Source: Eledone cirrhosa (taxonomy: Eukaryota). From it: 64,000 bases of DNA. The translations under genes were made by a program, and so were the position numbers. Shown piece by piece: positions 31,596 to 47,628 of this stretch. The notes below the pieces were generated by a model that did not search any database, was not told the origin of the DNA, and saw only the letters and a list, made by a program, of their open reading frames with translations. Location: NCBI GenBank assembly GCA_964016885.1, contig OZ024742.1, positions 329,034,001-329,098,000 of the forward strand, written 5' to 3'. How positions within the stretch are numbered: the stretch's first letter is position 1; each line of letters opens with the position of its first letter.

Positions 31596-32460
31596 CTAAG
31601 GCGGGTAAAATTCCCGAGATCCATAGACGAGCTCTCTCCAGGGGTCTCTGTCCCTCATTGTCGCTGCCATATCCTGCATCTCCAACAGACCAGTGTCTGT
31701 CCTTGGGGCATCAACATATGTTAACCTTGGTCTTCCTCATCTAGTGTGTCCATGTAGGGGCTCCCAAAGGAGCAATGAGTGCAATGTCAACTCTGGATGT
31801 CGGTGAGCATGTCCAGCCAACCTCAGTCTCCTCTGTGTCACTTTTGAGCTGACTTTTGCGATGCTCCCATACAGCTCTGAGTTTTTCATCCTCAGTGTAT
31901 ACTGATTAATGTTCAGAGCCATCCTCAGCATTCTCGTGTAGCACCCATCCACCATCTGAGTGAGTCTCTTGGTCAGTGTCCAAGTCTCAGACCCATACAG
32001 CAGCACAGACTCCACTACAGCAATGAAGAGGCGGATTTTCAGGTTTCTACGAAGCTCCGACTTCCACACCGATCTCAAGCTGTGACACGCCGCCCAGGCC
32101 TTGCTCTTCCTCTCAACCACATCATCTTCCGTATTCCCAATCTTTGCTCCCAAATACAGGAAGTCCTCAACCAATTCCAGCGGCTTCCCGCCTACATTAG
32201 TGATCCCCTCTGGCTTCTCAACATTCTCTACCAGATATTTTGTTTTAGTCTCATTCATTCTCAGCCCCACACTCATCGACACAGTCTCAACCTCCCGCAT
32301 CAAATCCTCTGCCTCCTTCACTGTATTTGTCACCAAAATTATGTCGTCGGCAAATTCAGCATCCGATACCTTTTTCGCCCCAACCTCTCCTGCTCTGAGC
32401 CGGTGCTACAGTAAAGCCAGAGTCCTGGTGTTTCTCCAGTGCAAGGCGCATACACTAGTC
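31596..32460 (-). pseudogene. LINE RT C-terminal part
   Basis: EFADD, FLYLG, ESVLLYGSETWTLT, RRLRLAGH; terminal TAG abuts (TA)n. Confidence 0.9.
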
Positions 32461-34077
32461 CTGCTTGTTTTGGGGGACTTCAATGCACATCTGAGTAAGG
32501 AAGGCAGTGAAGATCCTTGCTGGTACTTCCATAACAACACCAACCGAAATGGAAGACTACTGAGAGACACCCTGCTGGAGGCGAACTTGATGGCGACCAA
32601 CCTAAGGTTTAGGAAGAATCTGGGGAAGATGTGGACCTACTTCTCAGATATGCACCTGTCCAAGTCCCAGATTGATTTCATTCTGGTGAGGAAAAAGTGG
32701 CGGAATGGTGTTCTGAACACGGAACCATACAGCTATTTCAGTACACTGGGTAGTGAGCACCGGCTTGTTATGAGTGAGGTCCGCGTGAGCTTAAGAAAGA
32801 GCAAGGCTCAGCCCCGGAGAACAATCTATGACTGGGGAGCTTTCAAGGAAGATTATAAGCTACAGGAGAGGTTCACAGTGGAAGTGAGAAACAGGTTTAG
32901 TGCTCTGTGTGGAGAGTCAGAGGAGAGAGAGATTGGATGGACTGAGGAGAGTGTGACGAGGAGGTACGGGCACTTCACCAATGCAGTGGCGAAAGCAAGT
33001 GAAACCCTGGTGCCGAGGAAAAAGAACAAAGGGAAGCACGTCAGCTCTGCAAACCCAAAAGTGTGTGCAGCCAGAGAACACCTGAAAGCTGCCAGGGAAC
33101 AATTCTATGCTGATCCTACGGAGGAGAGGATGGAGACTGTGGAGGTGATGAGGGAAGAGCTCTGTACCGCTTACACTGAGGTCAGAGAGGAGGCACTGAT
33201 AGAGAAGATCAGAAGTGTGGAGAGAGCGGTTGACAGATCTGGATGTAAGGAGAGCTGCATGATCATCAACGAGATCACAGGGAGGAAGAAAAGGTGTTCG
33301 AGTCAGATCCAGGGAACGGGGCCCGAGGATAGGAAGAGGAAATGGCTAGACCATTTTAGGACCCTACTAGGAGAGCCACCTTCCACAGCCCAGAGCACTG
33401 GGTAGATCAGGCGGCTGTTTGAGGAACTGGATGTTGAGACAGAGCCCTTCACCAGAGAGGAGCTTCAGAGAGCCAAGAAGAAGATCAAGGAGGGCAAGAC
33501 TCGTGGAGAAGATGGAGTGTCATCAGAGGTGATGAAGAGGTGTGATTTTGATGATATCATCCTGGGGTTCTGTAACGGGGCACTGGAGAAAGGAGTTGCC
33601 CCGAATCACTGGAGGATCAGTAACATCTTCCCAGTGCCAAAGAAGGGAGATCTCTCTAACACCAACAACTACCGGGGGATCTCACTGACGTCACTTGTGG
33701 CAAAGACCCTCAACAGGATGATTCTTAACAGGATCCAGCCTGAGATGGAGAAGAAGCTCAGGGACAACCAGAACGGCTTCAGAGAGGGTAGATCAACCAC
33801 CAGTCACATCCTGATGCTGAGGAGGATATTAGAGGGAGCTAGAGCAAAGTCCCTTCCTGCGGTCATGGTTTTCATTGACTTTAGGAGGGCCTTTGATTCT
33901 GTGGACCGTTACTGCCTGATGAAGATCTTACAGGCTTATGGAATCCCCAAGAGGATAGTGGACCTGATATCACTGCTCTACACCAACACCAAAGCCCAAG
34001 TCATTACACCTGATGGGATGACAGAGTTCTTTGAGATACTGGCTGGAGTGCTCCAGGGAGGTACATTGGCTCCCTAC

Positions 34078-34080
<3 letters not shown>
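32461..34080 (+). pseudogene. LINE AP-endonuclease / RT N-terminal part
   Basis: LVLGDFNAH, SQIDFILV, NYRGISL, QNGFREGRST, FIDFRRAFDSV; in-frame stop at 33403-33405. Confidence 0.9.
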
Positions 34081-34156
<76 letters not shown>

Positions 34157-34439
34157 ATTATATATATATATTATATATATATATATATTATATATATATA
34201 TATTATATATATATATATTATATATAATATTAAATAAATGGAAACTATATTTATAAAACCATATTTATTTCATTATATATATTTCAGGGATAACATATTA
34301 ACAATATGCTATGCCGTTTCGGACGATAGATAGATTTGGAATTGGAAAAAATGTCTTTAGATAAAAATAACAGATCCATTCATGTTGACTTATAAATATT
34401 TACTAGTTGTAACACAACAATTTAAATATAACTTTCCAT

Positions 34440-34571
34440 ATATTATATATATATATATATATTATATATATATATATATTATATATATATATTATGTATA
34501 TATATATATATTATATATATATATATATTATATATATATATTATATATATATTATATATATATATATATAT

Positions 34572-34604
<33 letters not shown>

Positions 34605-34686
34605 ATATATATATATAAATATATTATATATATATTATATATATATATATAAATATATTACATATATATATATATTATATATATAT

Positions 34687-34725
<39 letters not shown>

Positions 34726-35255
34726 TATATATATTATATATATATTATATATATATATATATTATATATATATATATTATATATATATATTATATATATA
34801 TATATATTAGATATATATATTAGATATATATTATGTATATATATATTAGATATATATTATATATATATATATTATATATATATTATATAGATATATATTA
34901 GATATATATTATATATATATATATTATATATATATATTATATATATATATATTAGATATATATATTAGATATATATTAGATATATATTATATATATATAT
35001 ATTATATATATATTATATATATTATATATATATATATATATTATATTTATATTATATATAAATTAGATATATATATATACATTATATATATATATATTAT
35101 ATATATAATATATTATATATTATTGACAAATACCTTTCTGTAAAAATATATATATATAATATATATATATATATAATATATATATATATATAATATATAT
35201 ATATATATAATATATATAATATATATATATATATATATAATATATATATATTATA

Positions 35256-35298
<43 letters not shown>

Positions 35299-35389
35299 AT
35301 TATATATATATATATTATAGATATATTATATATATATATATATTATATATATATATTTTGACAGAAAGGTATTTGTCAATAATATATAT
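34440..35389. repeat. Degenerate (TA)n tract with a short inverted repeat (35116-35150 / 35351-35389)
   Basis: TTGACAAATACCTTTCTGT versus ACAGAAAGGTATTTGTCAA. Confidence 0.85.
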
Positions 35390-35644
35390 GCACATCTAAA
35401 TGAAAAGAATCATAGACGCATTTAAAGTGTAGTTTATCTAATGCCAAAACATCCAACGGGGTGAATACAACCTAGACAAACTATTATTAGAAATTTCGCT
35501 GCTATTAATACGAGCGGAACTTCCTAATATTAATTTGTCTAACTTCTATCCTCCCAATATAAATTTGGCATTAGAAAAACTGTTATATATATATATATAT
35601 GTACGTGTGTGTGTATACATATATATATATATGTATATATATAG

Positions 35645-35803
<159 letters not shown>

Positions 35804-35962
35804 AATTATATTTAGGTGTAATAGTATCTTAATTCTTAGAATTGTAAGTAAACAATACATTTATAAGAAAAACATAATTTTATTTACATAAATTCCTTAG
35901 TCCACAGTTTCGTATAACCCAAAAAGATACCAATTAACATAATTAAAATGGTTAGTTAGTAA

Positions 35963-36002
<40 letters not shown>

Positions 36003-37470
36003 CAAGATACATATAATTATAAAAAAACATATATGCAGATATACATTCATACACTTAATCTTCTAAGTGACTTCTATATCCATTCAATAATTATTCCATG
36101 CTCAATTGAAGTTTGGCACTTTTTCTGACCTTTGGGTATCATAAGAGGGAGATTTGGCTGCTATTCTAGAAGAAAATACCATGTAGTGTCTAGACTGTGA
36201 TTGTCAGGGATCAAAGTCATATTCCTCTACATGAAATTTAAGTTTCCACAATACCCTTTTCTATTCTGAATTTTCATTTTTCACCTGACCTCCGTATCAA
36301 CATGAGCAATCTTTTAAAGGCTTAACATTGTGTAATTTCAAAGTAGATTATATCTGACGCAGCAATCTTTGTGAACGTTTAATTACTAATCTCTATTATA
36401 GCTGGGTATATTCATATTTCACTTGATATATACTCAACACACATCTTTCTTTCTCTCCTCAATTATTCTCATGGGTGCCAATTGCAAGTAACCTCATAAT
36501 CATTTTGCTAGATGCCATTCATGACTTTTATTAAATATTGATAATTCCCTTCAGTAAAAAGAAGTGCATATAGGAAACATGACTCGACACACTGTAATAA
36601 TATATATATATTCTAAACGAACTCAATTAAATGCTAATTTGAAATAAAATTATTTCAATGATTAGATTTAGTTTAAATATTCGCAGTATTTTAATTGGTC
36701 TTCACAATACAGTTAATTTAACGAGTAATTGAAATGTTTTATTAAAATTGTACTTGAGATATAGGTTTAGTTTTTCATTTGTAAAGGCAGCTTGCTGTCA
36801 GAAGGTTAAATAGGGATTTGCAGTATTTGTTTCGTCTCTCAGCTCATTTAGGTCGAATAACATTGAATTCAACTTTGCCTCCCTTCATTTAAAGACGGAT
36901 AAAATACTATTCAAGGAGTGGGGTTGATTCTACGCCACACCCATCATTCACCCATTCACACACATTCTCTCATTCACCCATTCTCTCTCACTCATCCTTA
37001 CATTCTAAGCCACCCATTCTTTTTTCCCTTATTCCATATTGGACGATTTCATATGATACGTGTTAAAGATTTACTGAAGGATTTCAGAAGTCTCTCTGTG
37101 TGTCTGTAGATAAAACTGTAAGGTTTCAAGAATTCATTGAACGCCTTATCATAAAGGTTTACTCATCAATAACCAATTAGTCACTTCACCGATTAATTCA
37201 ATGATTCCGCGAGTCAATAGAATTAACCTAGATAATGACACAGTAGATTCTAGAGGATAAAGTATCAGGCGTCATCTATAATATAGTGCCTGATGATGAT
37301 GAGGGAATGAACGTCAATGGTGATAACACACACACATAAACATTTATATACACATATATATATATAAACCCGCACAAGCACATATATTTATACATACACA
37401 GAAACATTAAGACCGTTAACATAAGTATTATTTATAGGTATACACACCGACACACATACATATGGTCATT

Positions 37471-37658
37471 ATGGTGAATTGGCAGTGTCGGTAGAGGGTC
37501 GGACGCCATGCTTTCCAGCATAGTTACGTCCTTTTACGGTCTGAGTTCAAATCCCGTCGAGGTTAACTTTGCCTTTCATCCTTACGGGGTCGATAAAATA
37601 AAGTACCAGTAATGTACCGGGTAATTGGTGGCCTTGTGCCAAAAGTAGAAACAATTAT
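37471..37658 (+). mobile_element. SINE family 1, near full length
   Basis: Close match to the 28772 copy. Confidence 0.85.
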
Positions 37659-37916
37659 TTAGGTATTTATATCATTACAAGTTTTGTGTTTGTACACGTT
37701 CAATCTATAAACAAATGTATAAAAGCAAGATTAAGCTGCCCACAAGTTTATTTTAACGCACATCCGTCTATATATATATATACATTTACGTTTTAAAACT
37801 TTTTACGAGGCTTACCGAGTTATTCTTCCCTGGTCACTGTGTTCTGAGTTGATTTAAAACCAACTGAGCCTTTAATCATTTCGAGATCCATAAATTACTA
37901 GTCCTCTACTGAGGTC

Positions 37917-37998
<82 letters not shown>

Positions 37999-38681
37999 AT
38001 ATCTATATAGCCCCCCACCCCTGTATCTCTCTCTAAACCTGGTTTACAATGCCTATGATAATGTCCCTAATTTTCTTAGCAATTAAGCCCTTCCCACAAA
38101 AATAAACAAAGCAAATTGATACTGAAGAAATTACCACTGTCTTCTGTTTCTCACTGTATATATCATTCAACCTCATCATGTCCCTTCATGTTCACAAGGA
38201 GCAGCTGTTTTATACTTGAGCACTTCTTTACTGAAACGTATTGCAGTCATTCAAAGCTTGTATTCTGTGTGACTTTTAATGCATTTGTCTGCAAACATTT
38301 GTATGTGCAGACCAAATTGGAAATGCATTGTGTGTTGGGGGTCAATGTAAATAAAAAAAAAACACACACACACAAAATAATGATTAAACGTATCACTGGT
38401 TTGTTTCCTTGAGCCAGATGCTTTATTTCACGTTTTTACAACACATATCAGCCTATAAAAAAATCAAAAAAATCACTGAGCACCGACAGCATCTGATGAT
38501 TATCTCTTATGATAGAATGGTGTCCTCTTCAGGGACTAGTCTCATCATAATAGGAGTGGGCACCCTATAATTAAAAACACATAAGAAAACTCCTATGAGA
38601 TACCATCTCGTGGGAGAATAGTTAAATTTACATAGATGTGAGTAGTAACCCCCCCCCCCCCCCCCACACACACACACTCAT

Positions 38682-38725
<44 letters not shown>

Positions 38726-40798
38726 ATTAAAAAAAACATTTAGGAGTAATATAAGAAAGAGAAAAGGTGTAAGAGACAAGCACATGGACAGTTCATTCTC
38801 GTTGGATGTCTTCTTGGGATAATTTTAGTTTCGTGGTCTTTATAATACAGATCTATTCACCACCATCGCATCTGGTGTCCTTATCATTAAAAAATGTCGG
38901 AAAAACCTCTTCTGTGATATATCTTGGTAAGAATCCAGTCAAACCAAGAGAGATGTGAGCTAACAGCCATTTTCCCTTTGTTTCGATGTAAGTGTGTCAC
39001 ATTAAACAACATAATTTCCATAGATGATATAAAATATATGCGAAATAACAGAGATTTTATTACTAAAGCATATGTTATTTTATAGTTTAATTAAATTACG
39101 GTTTAGTTTATATATATATACATATTTTTTTGCTACTAATCCACTGCGATTTCAGTATTACAACACACAATAATACGAAAACAAAGCATTTATTGATTCA
39201 ACAACGTAATCAATGAAGGTCTCGGGATGAAGAAAATGAAGTTACTTACCAGATATGGCCCATGAACCGTAGCTTGCTGAACGCTGGTCTAATGTTACTT
39301 CTATCTCACTAAAATATGAGACAAACAATAAACTTGTTAGGTTTTGTTACTGAATTAAGCATTGTCGCTTTCGAGAACGTATATAAATTCGCGAGTAAAA
39401 GCAAACAGACACGATCAAAATAAACAATCAATATTTAAGTTTATTATGAAAAATGTAAAAAAAAATCGGATAAGAATATTCTGACCTTTGTACATTTCAA
39501 TCACCCTATATAATTTCACAACACAATAAAATGCCACGGAAGTAAGTTAAGGTAAACATGTCAGTTTGTTTAAATACTTTTTGTGTATGTAAAATTGTCA
39601 ATGTTACATTTTCATAAGCACTGTATATTTTCCTACTCAGTCGATCATAAGGAAAAGCACGACGTAAGCTGGCTTATATATAAAGACTGCTCCTATGGCA
39701 TTTTCTTAAATTCCTGCCAAAAATCTAGATTAACCGGGGCTGTATGAGTTACCTTCGTTCCTTTTTCCATGAACTGCAATTTGTTTCTTTTGAAATTGCA
39801 AGGATAGTCTCAGTTGCTTAGAGTCGATTCATCAGTACTTTTATTGAGACAGCGAATCTCTGTTTGTATGTATACATATTAGGCACAAGGCAAGTGCTGC
39901 CTTATTTTTATCAACTCTGTAAAGATGAAAAGATAATCTAACTTCAGTGGGATTTGAAGTCAGATTGTAAAGAGCCGTAAATACATGTCGCAATACATGT
40001 CTGATACGCTAAGGACTCTGCCAATCCACTGAATTTAGCAACACTGCTGACTTTCTCTTCCACTCAAAACTTAAACAAACCGTCTGCGGCAAATAATATA
40101 TATAGTTTTGTAGATTTATGTTTTCAAGTGCTTATAATAAAAGCGGATACACAAAAAACTCACACAAACGACTCACACAAACATATCACACACGCACACA
40201 CACAAACACACATATCAGAGCTTCTGTTAGAGCTTTGGCATTGACGAGGTTTAAATAATCAGTTTGCTTGAATAAATGCCATAAATGTTATGCCTGTAAC
40301 ACATTTGATTATAGCTCACGTCTTCAAATTCTACAAATCTACAAGTAATATATATGACATTTCTCTCAGAATTGTCGACATTGTTACCTGAGAACTAAAC
40401 ATAAACATATACCGTATTTACCCACAAATCTGATGTCAAACTCTACATGCACTCCACACACTTTATTCTTCAAAATAAGCTTGCCCCTTATATTGCGAAA
40501 AATAGACTTCATTTGTACCAGATACATGTGATATGGTCACAACTAGAAAGTTATTGGTGGTGGTCTTCTGCTCAATCAGGCTTGACCTGGCGTTAAACAT
40601 CATCAACAGGTACAATATCACGGGGAAAATAAATCCATTCAGTGCATATCATGCAATAGAATGCCGAAGGCGCAGTATTAAATAAGGTTTACAAGTTATT
40701 TTATCGTTTGTTAAATAGCATAAAACCATTTGACAACAAATCGCGAAGCTCCGAAGTTACAGAGCTGTATACTTTAATTTGTTTATGTATATGTATGA

Positions 40799-40831
<33 letters not shown>

Positions 40832-40836
<5 letters not shown>

Positions 40837-41053
40837 ATAAATTTGAAGACTAAAATCCAAAGAGGGCTCGATAAGGATAAATATATATCAAATATATAAG
40901 AACCGTAAAGCAAATATTTATTAAAATAACAGATTAAAGTTTAAGCAAAGAATCGCTGCTTTCACCCTTAACGGGATCTTCTGAAACTTTCAGATCCCGT
41001 TAAGGGTGAAAGCCGCGATTCTTTGCTTAAACTTTAATCTGTTATTTTAATAA

Positions 41054-41056
<3 letters not shown>
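40832..41056. mobile_element. Palindromic mini-element, family C
   Basis: Inverted arms around ~40989, left arm longer; in (TA)n. Confidence 0.88.
40938..40988 (-). ncRNA. Hammerhead-like motif, family C (CAGAAGA core)
   Basis: Same motif as 20875-20925, on the opposite strand. Confidence 0.6.
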
Positions 41057-41100
<44 letters not shown>

Positions 41101-41366
41101 AGTATATATTTGGTATCTACTGATAAAAGCACTCAGTCCATAGGACAAGTTAATTATGATTAGTAAAAACAACGACGTAAACGGGCATACAGGTTACTAA
41201 AGTTTTATTGTGTTGTACACCCCAACTAATTCAGCGTGTTATATAACAGGCTGAATGAGTTGTGATGTATAACTCAACGAAACTTAAGAACTTTATATGT
41301 CACTAATTTAACTAATTATATATCTATATATATATATTAAGTACTTCCATATGTCACTGTTTTAAC

Positions 41367-41408
<42 letters not shown>

Positions 41409-42186
41409 TTTTAGTACAGCATTAATGAAGCTTTAGGCTGTGGCTAAGCTAACGAATGCAGATTTTGAATGTACCTTTAGCACTCGATGGTGAATAATAC
41501 GCCAGGGTTATAACAATACTTTTAGACAGCTTTGCAAATCAAATATAGCGACGGCAGTCCAGCCGCATTGCCATAGCAACGAAAAAAACTGAACTCAGGA
41601 AAGGATATATGTATATATATATATATATATATATAAAGCTATTAGTATATAAAGCTATCCTAATATTCTGTAATATAATGTCTGAAGTTGTACACCTAAC
41701 TTGGTAATAAGAGAGTTAGTTATATTAATACCTACAGTCAGTGGCGGACAGGTTGTCCAATAGCAAGTGGGCAACAGGGGGCCCACGGTAGCATTGCAAG
41801 AGCCCACAGTAGCATTGCAGGGCCCACTGTAGTAATTTTAGGGGGGAGGGGGCAATGCTTTGCTTTAAAAAATACCTGCAATCTAAGAGAAAGAACGAAA
41901 CTTTTAAAAAATAAATAAAAAAATTAAGCAAAGCATTTGGTGAACCAATTCCCCAAAGAATCACTAGAAATCATTGGTTGTACATTCTACTAAATCTAAA
42001 TATAAAGCTTGGTGTATTCATTCATGCATGCACACATACATATATATATAGACACAGACACACAAGCATATATATATAATTATATATTTACACACGAACT
42101 ACTGACCAAATAATATTTGGTAAAAATTAGTGGTGAAGGTGTATATATATATATATATATATATAAGTGGTGAAGGTGGTATATAC

Positions 42187-43170
<984 letters not shown>

Positions 43171-43192
43171 TATATATATATATATATATATA

Positions 43193-43467
43193 GGGAAAAA
43201 AGATGAAATCGAAAATGCAAGAGGAGACTTTTTTTTTTTAATATATTTATTTGGTTCCTTTACCGGTTTCGACGTCCTTCTGCTTTTCAAAAATAGAATT
43301 GAGATGGAGGGTTTATGGTTTTTCTCAGATGTGAGAAAAACCACAAACCCTCCATCTCAATTCTTCTTTTGAAAAGCAGAAGAACTGCGAAACCGGTAAA
43401 GGAATCAAATAAATATATATTTAAAAAAAAAAGACTCCAGTTGCATTTTCCATTTGATCTTTTTTCC
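43193..43467. mobile_element. Palindromic mini-element, family D
   Basis: Arms centred on ~43330; TA tract on the left. Confidence 0.88.
43364..43403 (+). ncRNA. Type I hammerhead candidate with U3-A8 core, family D
   Basis: TTCTT-TTGAAAA-GCAG AAGAA CTGC-GAAACCGGT-A-AAGGA. Confidence 0.65.
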
Positions 43468-43838
43468 GTATACATTCACTCGTGTAGGACACCTCCGTTT
43501 TTTTTCTTTTGTAAGAAAACCTCATTTTCTAATATATACATATATATATATAATTGGTGTTGGATGCTTAAAGCGTCCGTATGCCGTAGGCCGTTTGATC
43601 ACTCGATGCTCTCATAGAGCAGAGTATGATATCACAGAAAAAAAGAGATTCAGTGTTGCGACGAATGGAATTTATTGAACATATTACAATCGTTTCTCTG
43701 GCGACCAGCTCGAGGCACGATCGATGTGATGATTGAATCTGACTCTGAAAATCGCAAGTCCTCAGAGACGTCTTGATTCTACGAAACAGATTTTCCGCTT
43801 AGGAAAATCTGCTTCGCATACTGATTCTCCTTTTGTCT

Positions 43839-43912
<74 letters not shown>

Positions 43913-45305
43913 TACACACACAAACACATCTATCTATCTATATATATATATTGGGTGAGGTGAAAGACCACTGGTCATTATTGAAAGTCGACATTAAGTA
44001 GGAGCAATAATATTAAGAAAGACATGAACGACACAACAACGCTTTGTTTTGAAAATTTTGAAAGTAGATTTATAAGTATGAATTTTGACATGATTTTCGT
44101 AGTTGTCTCTGTGGCCTAGCCGTAAGTACGAGAGACGATGGAGATCCTGGCCTTGGTTACAAGCCTGGTCAAGAGGTACATGTAACCGTTTTCAGTTTTT
44201 TTTATTTTAAAACTAATAGAAAAAAGAGAAAACGTTTACCGGGCACCCTTCTCCCGACGAGGACTGAACTTGAGACCAGCATCACCGCCCTTTATGATTC
44301 CTCCAGCTGGGCCACCGAGACAGCTACAAAAGTGTAAATAAATTTGATAATTATAAACCTATTTTCAAAATCAAAGTTAAAAAGGTGTGGTGTGGTTCAG
44401 GGCTTTCCTAGAGCTATTACTAATATTTAGGATCGACTTGTCGTCATTATTGAGAGCCTCTGGATTTCGCAAAATACAGAATAATTTTTATTGTGAAGGT
44501 AAGATATTTTTCCGCAAAAATTTGATTGCACTGTTTTGTTTCCACTTATGTATTCTTTGAAAATGTTATTTATTCATTATAAAAATTAAATGATAGCATT
44601 CTATATGTAGGTGGGCCCCTTGCATCACCTGGTAACCAATATTTTTAGACCCACTCCGCCAATGCCTACAGTATTGTTTTAGTATTTTTCATTAGAAATA
44701 TGATAACAAGTGATTTAAAAGGTTGAAGTTTATCTAAAAACATCCTATCATAATTTTCTCTTAACATGTTTTGTGTTCCAAACACCAATTTGACGAGTTA
44801 GCCGTATTAATAAATCTCTCATAGTTTTGGATTATTTTCAGAATTATTTAAAAATCAATTTCATAGAAATGTGGTAAGGAAAATGTTAAGAACTACAACT
44901 AAACCAACTTCTTGATGCTGATATTCAGATTAAGATCATCTCAGATCTAATAGATCCACGGTCATATTCTGCTCCAAACCGCCTCATAATTTGTAGTCTG
45001 TCTAACGCTAAATTATGCGATGTGTCCCTTTCATTTATTTAAGACGCTCGGGTGTGATTTAAAAAGCTTTTCTTCCTGGTCGATGAAACTCAAAGGCAAC
45101 TTTCTTTTAGTAAACGCTTGAGATTTTGTGATAATATCCTACAGTCTAACGACCTTAGAATGCTGTCTCCTATTGTTTCTTGTAGCTCGACCTACAATGC
45201 AAGAGCTCCCTATGAGGATTTTCTGTAGGAAAGATACATGACCTGAAAGACAGAATTGATAGAATAAAATAACACATGAACGCACACATTCATACATATG
45301 AATGC

Positions 45306-45338
<33 letters not shown>

Positions 45339-45341
45339 CGT

Positions 45342-45406
<65 letters not shown>

Positions 45407-46116
45407 CCTTCTATCTACTCTGTCTCTCTTATCATCTTATCTTCCCTACAGAAAATCATATATATATATCGTCATAAAAACAAAAGAACACAAGCGCCAT
45501 AATATCCAGGATTTAATTTAAAATGTTCAAACAATTCCTAATAGTAGAGGACATTCTCACATGACTACACGCCACTCTCCTACTCCACCCTTCATTCGTT
45601 CTTTTTTTTTCTTTTCTGTTCTTGTGGCCTTCAAATCTTTGTGTCATTTCTTACTTCTAACTTAATCCTGACTTCTTTTCTTTCCTTTCTTGTTTCCCTT
45701 TCATCGTTTTACCCACCCTCCCCAGTACACCTCCACCACTTTCGTCACCGCCACAACCATCACCATAGCCACAACCATCGCCATATTTACATACATTACA
45801 GAACCACTAACTTTTTCTACCTCCCTGCTCTTACTTCAGCCTTCACTCTGTTTACATATTCCACTCTCCCACCTCCAATGGTACCATCATCAGCATATTT
45901 ACATTTATTGTAGGGCCACTCCCTCTAACTTGCTCCTCTTACTCTTACGCACCCCTCTACACCCCCATCCCCTCGCCATCTCAATATCACAGATTTGTTC
46001 ACATTCCGAACAAACCCTACTACCCCCACCAATTACCAACACCCTTTTACACAGATACAGAAACATACATCAACGTATTCATATATACACATACATAGAC
46101 ACATTCTCAAACATTG

Positions 46117-46180
<64 letters not shown>

Positions 46181-46442
46181 TCAACACATATGTGTAGGCA
46201 ATAACACGTATTCACATACTTATATACACTCATATTCACACATTTATACACACAAACATACACACATCTGTAGGCAAAAACACGTATAGGCAATAAAGAG
46301 TATTCACATACTTATATACACACATTCACACATTTATATACACACACTTATACACACTTCTTATACACACATCTTCACACAGAGACCCATACGCAAATGC
46401 ATACACGCTTATATGTTCATACTCAAATTTATCCACATACAA

Positions 46443-46473
<31 letters not shown>

Positions 46474-47089
46474 GACATACATACGTATTCAAATCACAAA
46501 TCCATATAGCCAACACACGTTTGCACAGACATTCACAAAAACATACACATGCTCAACTCATACACACATAAATTCAAAAACATACGTAAAGCACACCTAC
46601 CCACACATCAATTGCCTTCTCTCTGTCTACCACCCTTTATCACACCACACCCCAGGAACAAACGTGGCTCCTACGTGGTCATTCAGCCTGCTAAAAACAG
46701 CAACCAAACCTCCAAATCTTCTACGAATCACACGGTTTAAATAGTAAAGATTCGTTGAATTACGAAGCATTAGATAAGATTTTCCTGATTGGAATGCGAG
46801 CCTTTGGTCATAGATCTGCAGGATCAGTGCTGAACTGGGACTAAACAACCACCACTTCGATGCCCTTTTCACAATTACTCCCATCAAACCCACAATTGAT
46901 GTTACCCCTTTCAGTCCATTATCTTCCACTATGCCTTTCCTTAAATCATAATTGTGACGTCACAGCTAACTATTGATATTCCTCCCCATTCAATATATAC
47001 ACAATTCCGCCGCCTCACCATCCACTGTCGTTCTTTCTTCTACATCATGTATCAACGCCACGTTGAATATCTAATGTAGTATTAGTAAT

Positions 47090-47110
47090 AGCAGCAGCAG
47101 CAACAGCAGC

Positions 47111-47164
<54 letters not shown>

Positions 47165-47400
47165 TGTTGTTCTGTGGGTAATGTTGCTGTTGCTGTTGCT
47201 GTCGTTTTTCAGGGGATTGTCGGTGTCAGTGCTTTGTTGATGCTGGGGGTGGTGGTGGTAGTGGTAGTAGTTGTGGCATTGATGATGATTGTTGTAATAG
47301 TGGTGGTGGTAGTACTGCTGCTGGTAGCGGTGCTCTCTGCAGTTGTTATAGTTGTGGTGGTAGTGCGGCATATATCATAGTAGTGGTGTTGGTGGTAATA
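47090..47400. repeat. Trinucleotide low-complexity tract (AGC/AGT/GTG/GTT)
   Basis: Directly visible. Confidence 0.9.
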
Positions 47401-47567
47401 GTGTTAGCAGCTCTTTGTTTTGCCTTCTTTTGAAGCCAAAGAATATAGCAAGTCTTTGCCTCTCTTCTTTTGTCATCTAATGACGTTTTAAGCTTTGCCT
47501 TTCTAACGGTCTGCCTCACTTTCCTATACACACAAACACATTTGCTTACATGTGTGCACATGTCCAT

Positions 47568-47628
<61 letters not shown>

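Larger units (their letters stand above)
31596..34080 (-). mobile_element. RTE-clade LINE, 5'-truncated with inverted 5' part, in (TA)n
   Basis: 31596-32460 (-) encodes RT EFADD to the C-terminus; 32461-34080 (+) encodes APE motifs GDFNA and QIDFILV then RT to GVLQGGTLAPYL. Confidence 0.93.

Noticed and set aside
32101-32460. N-terminal part of the 434-aa ORF as a novel fusion domain
   Set aside because: It is the antisense of the inverted LINE segment read through the junction.
47045-47380. His/Thr-rich and Val-rich ORFs
   Set aside because: Trinucleotide repeats open in several frames, with no domain or splice support.
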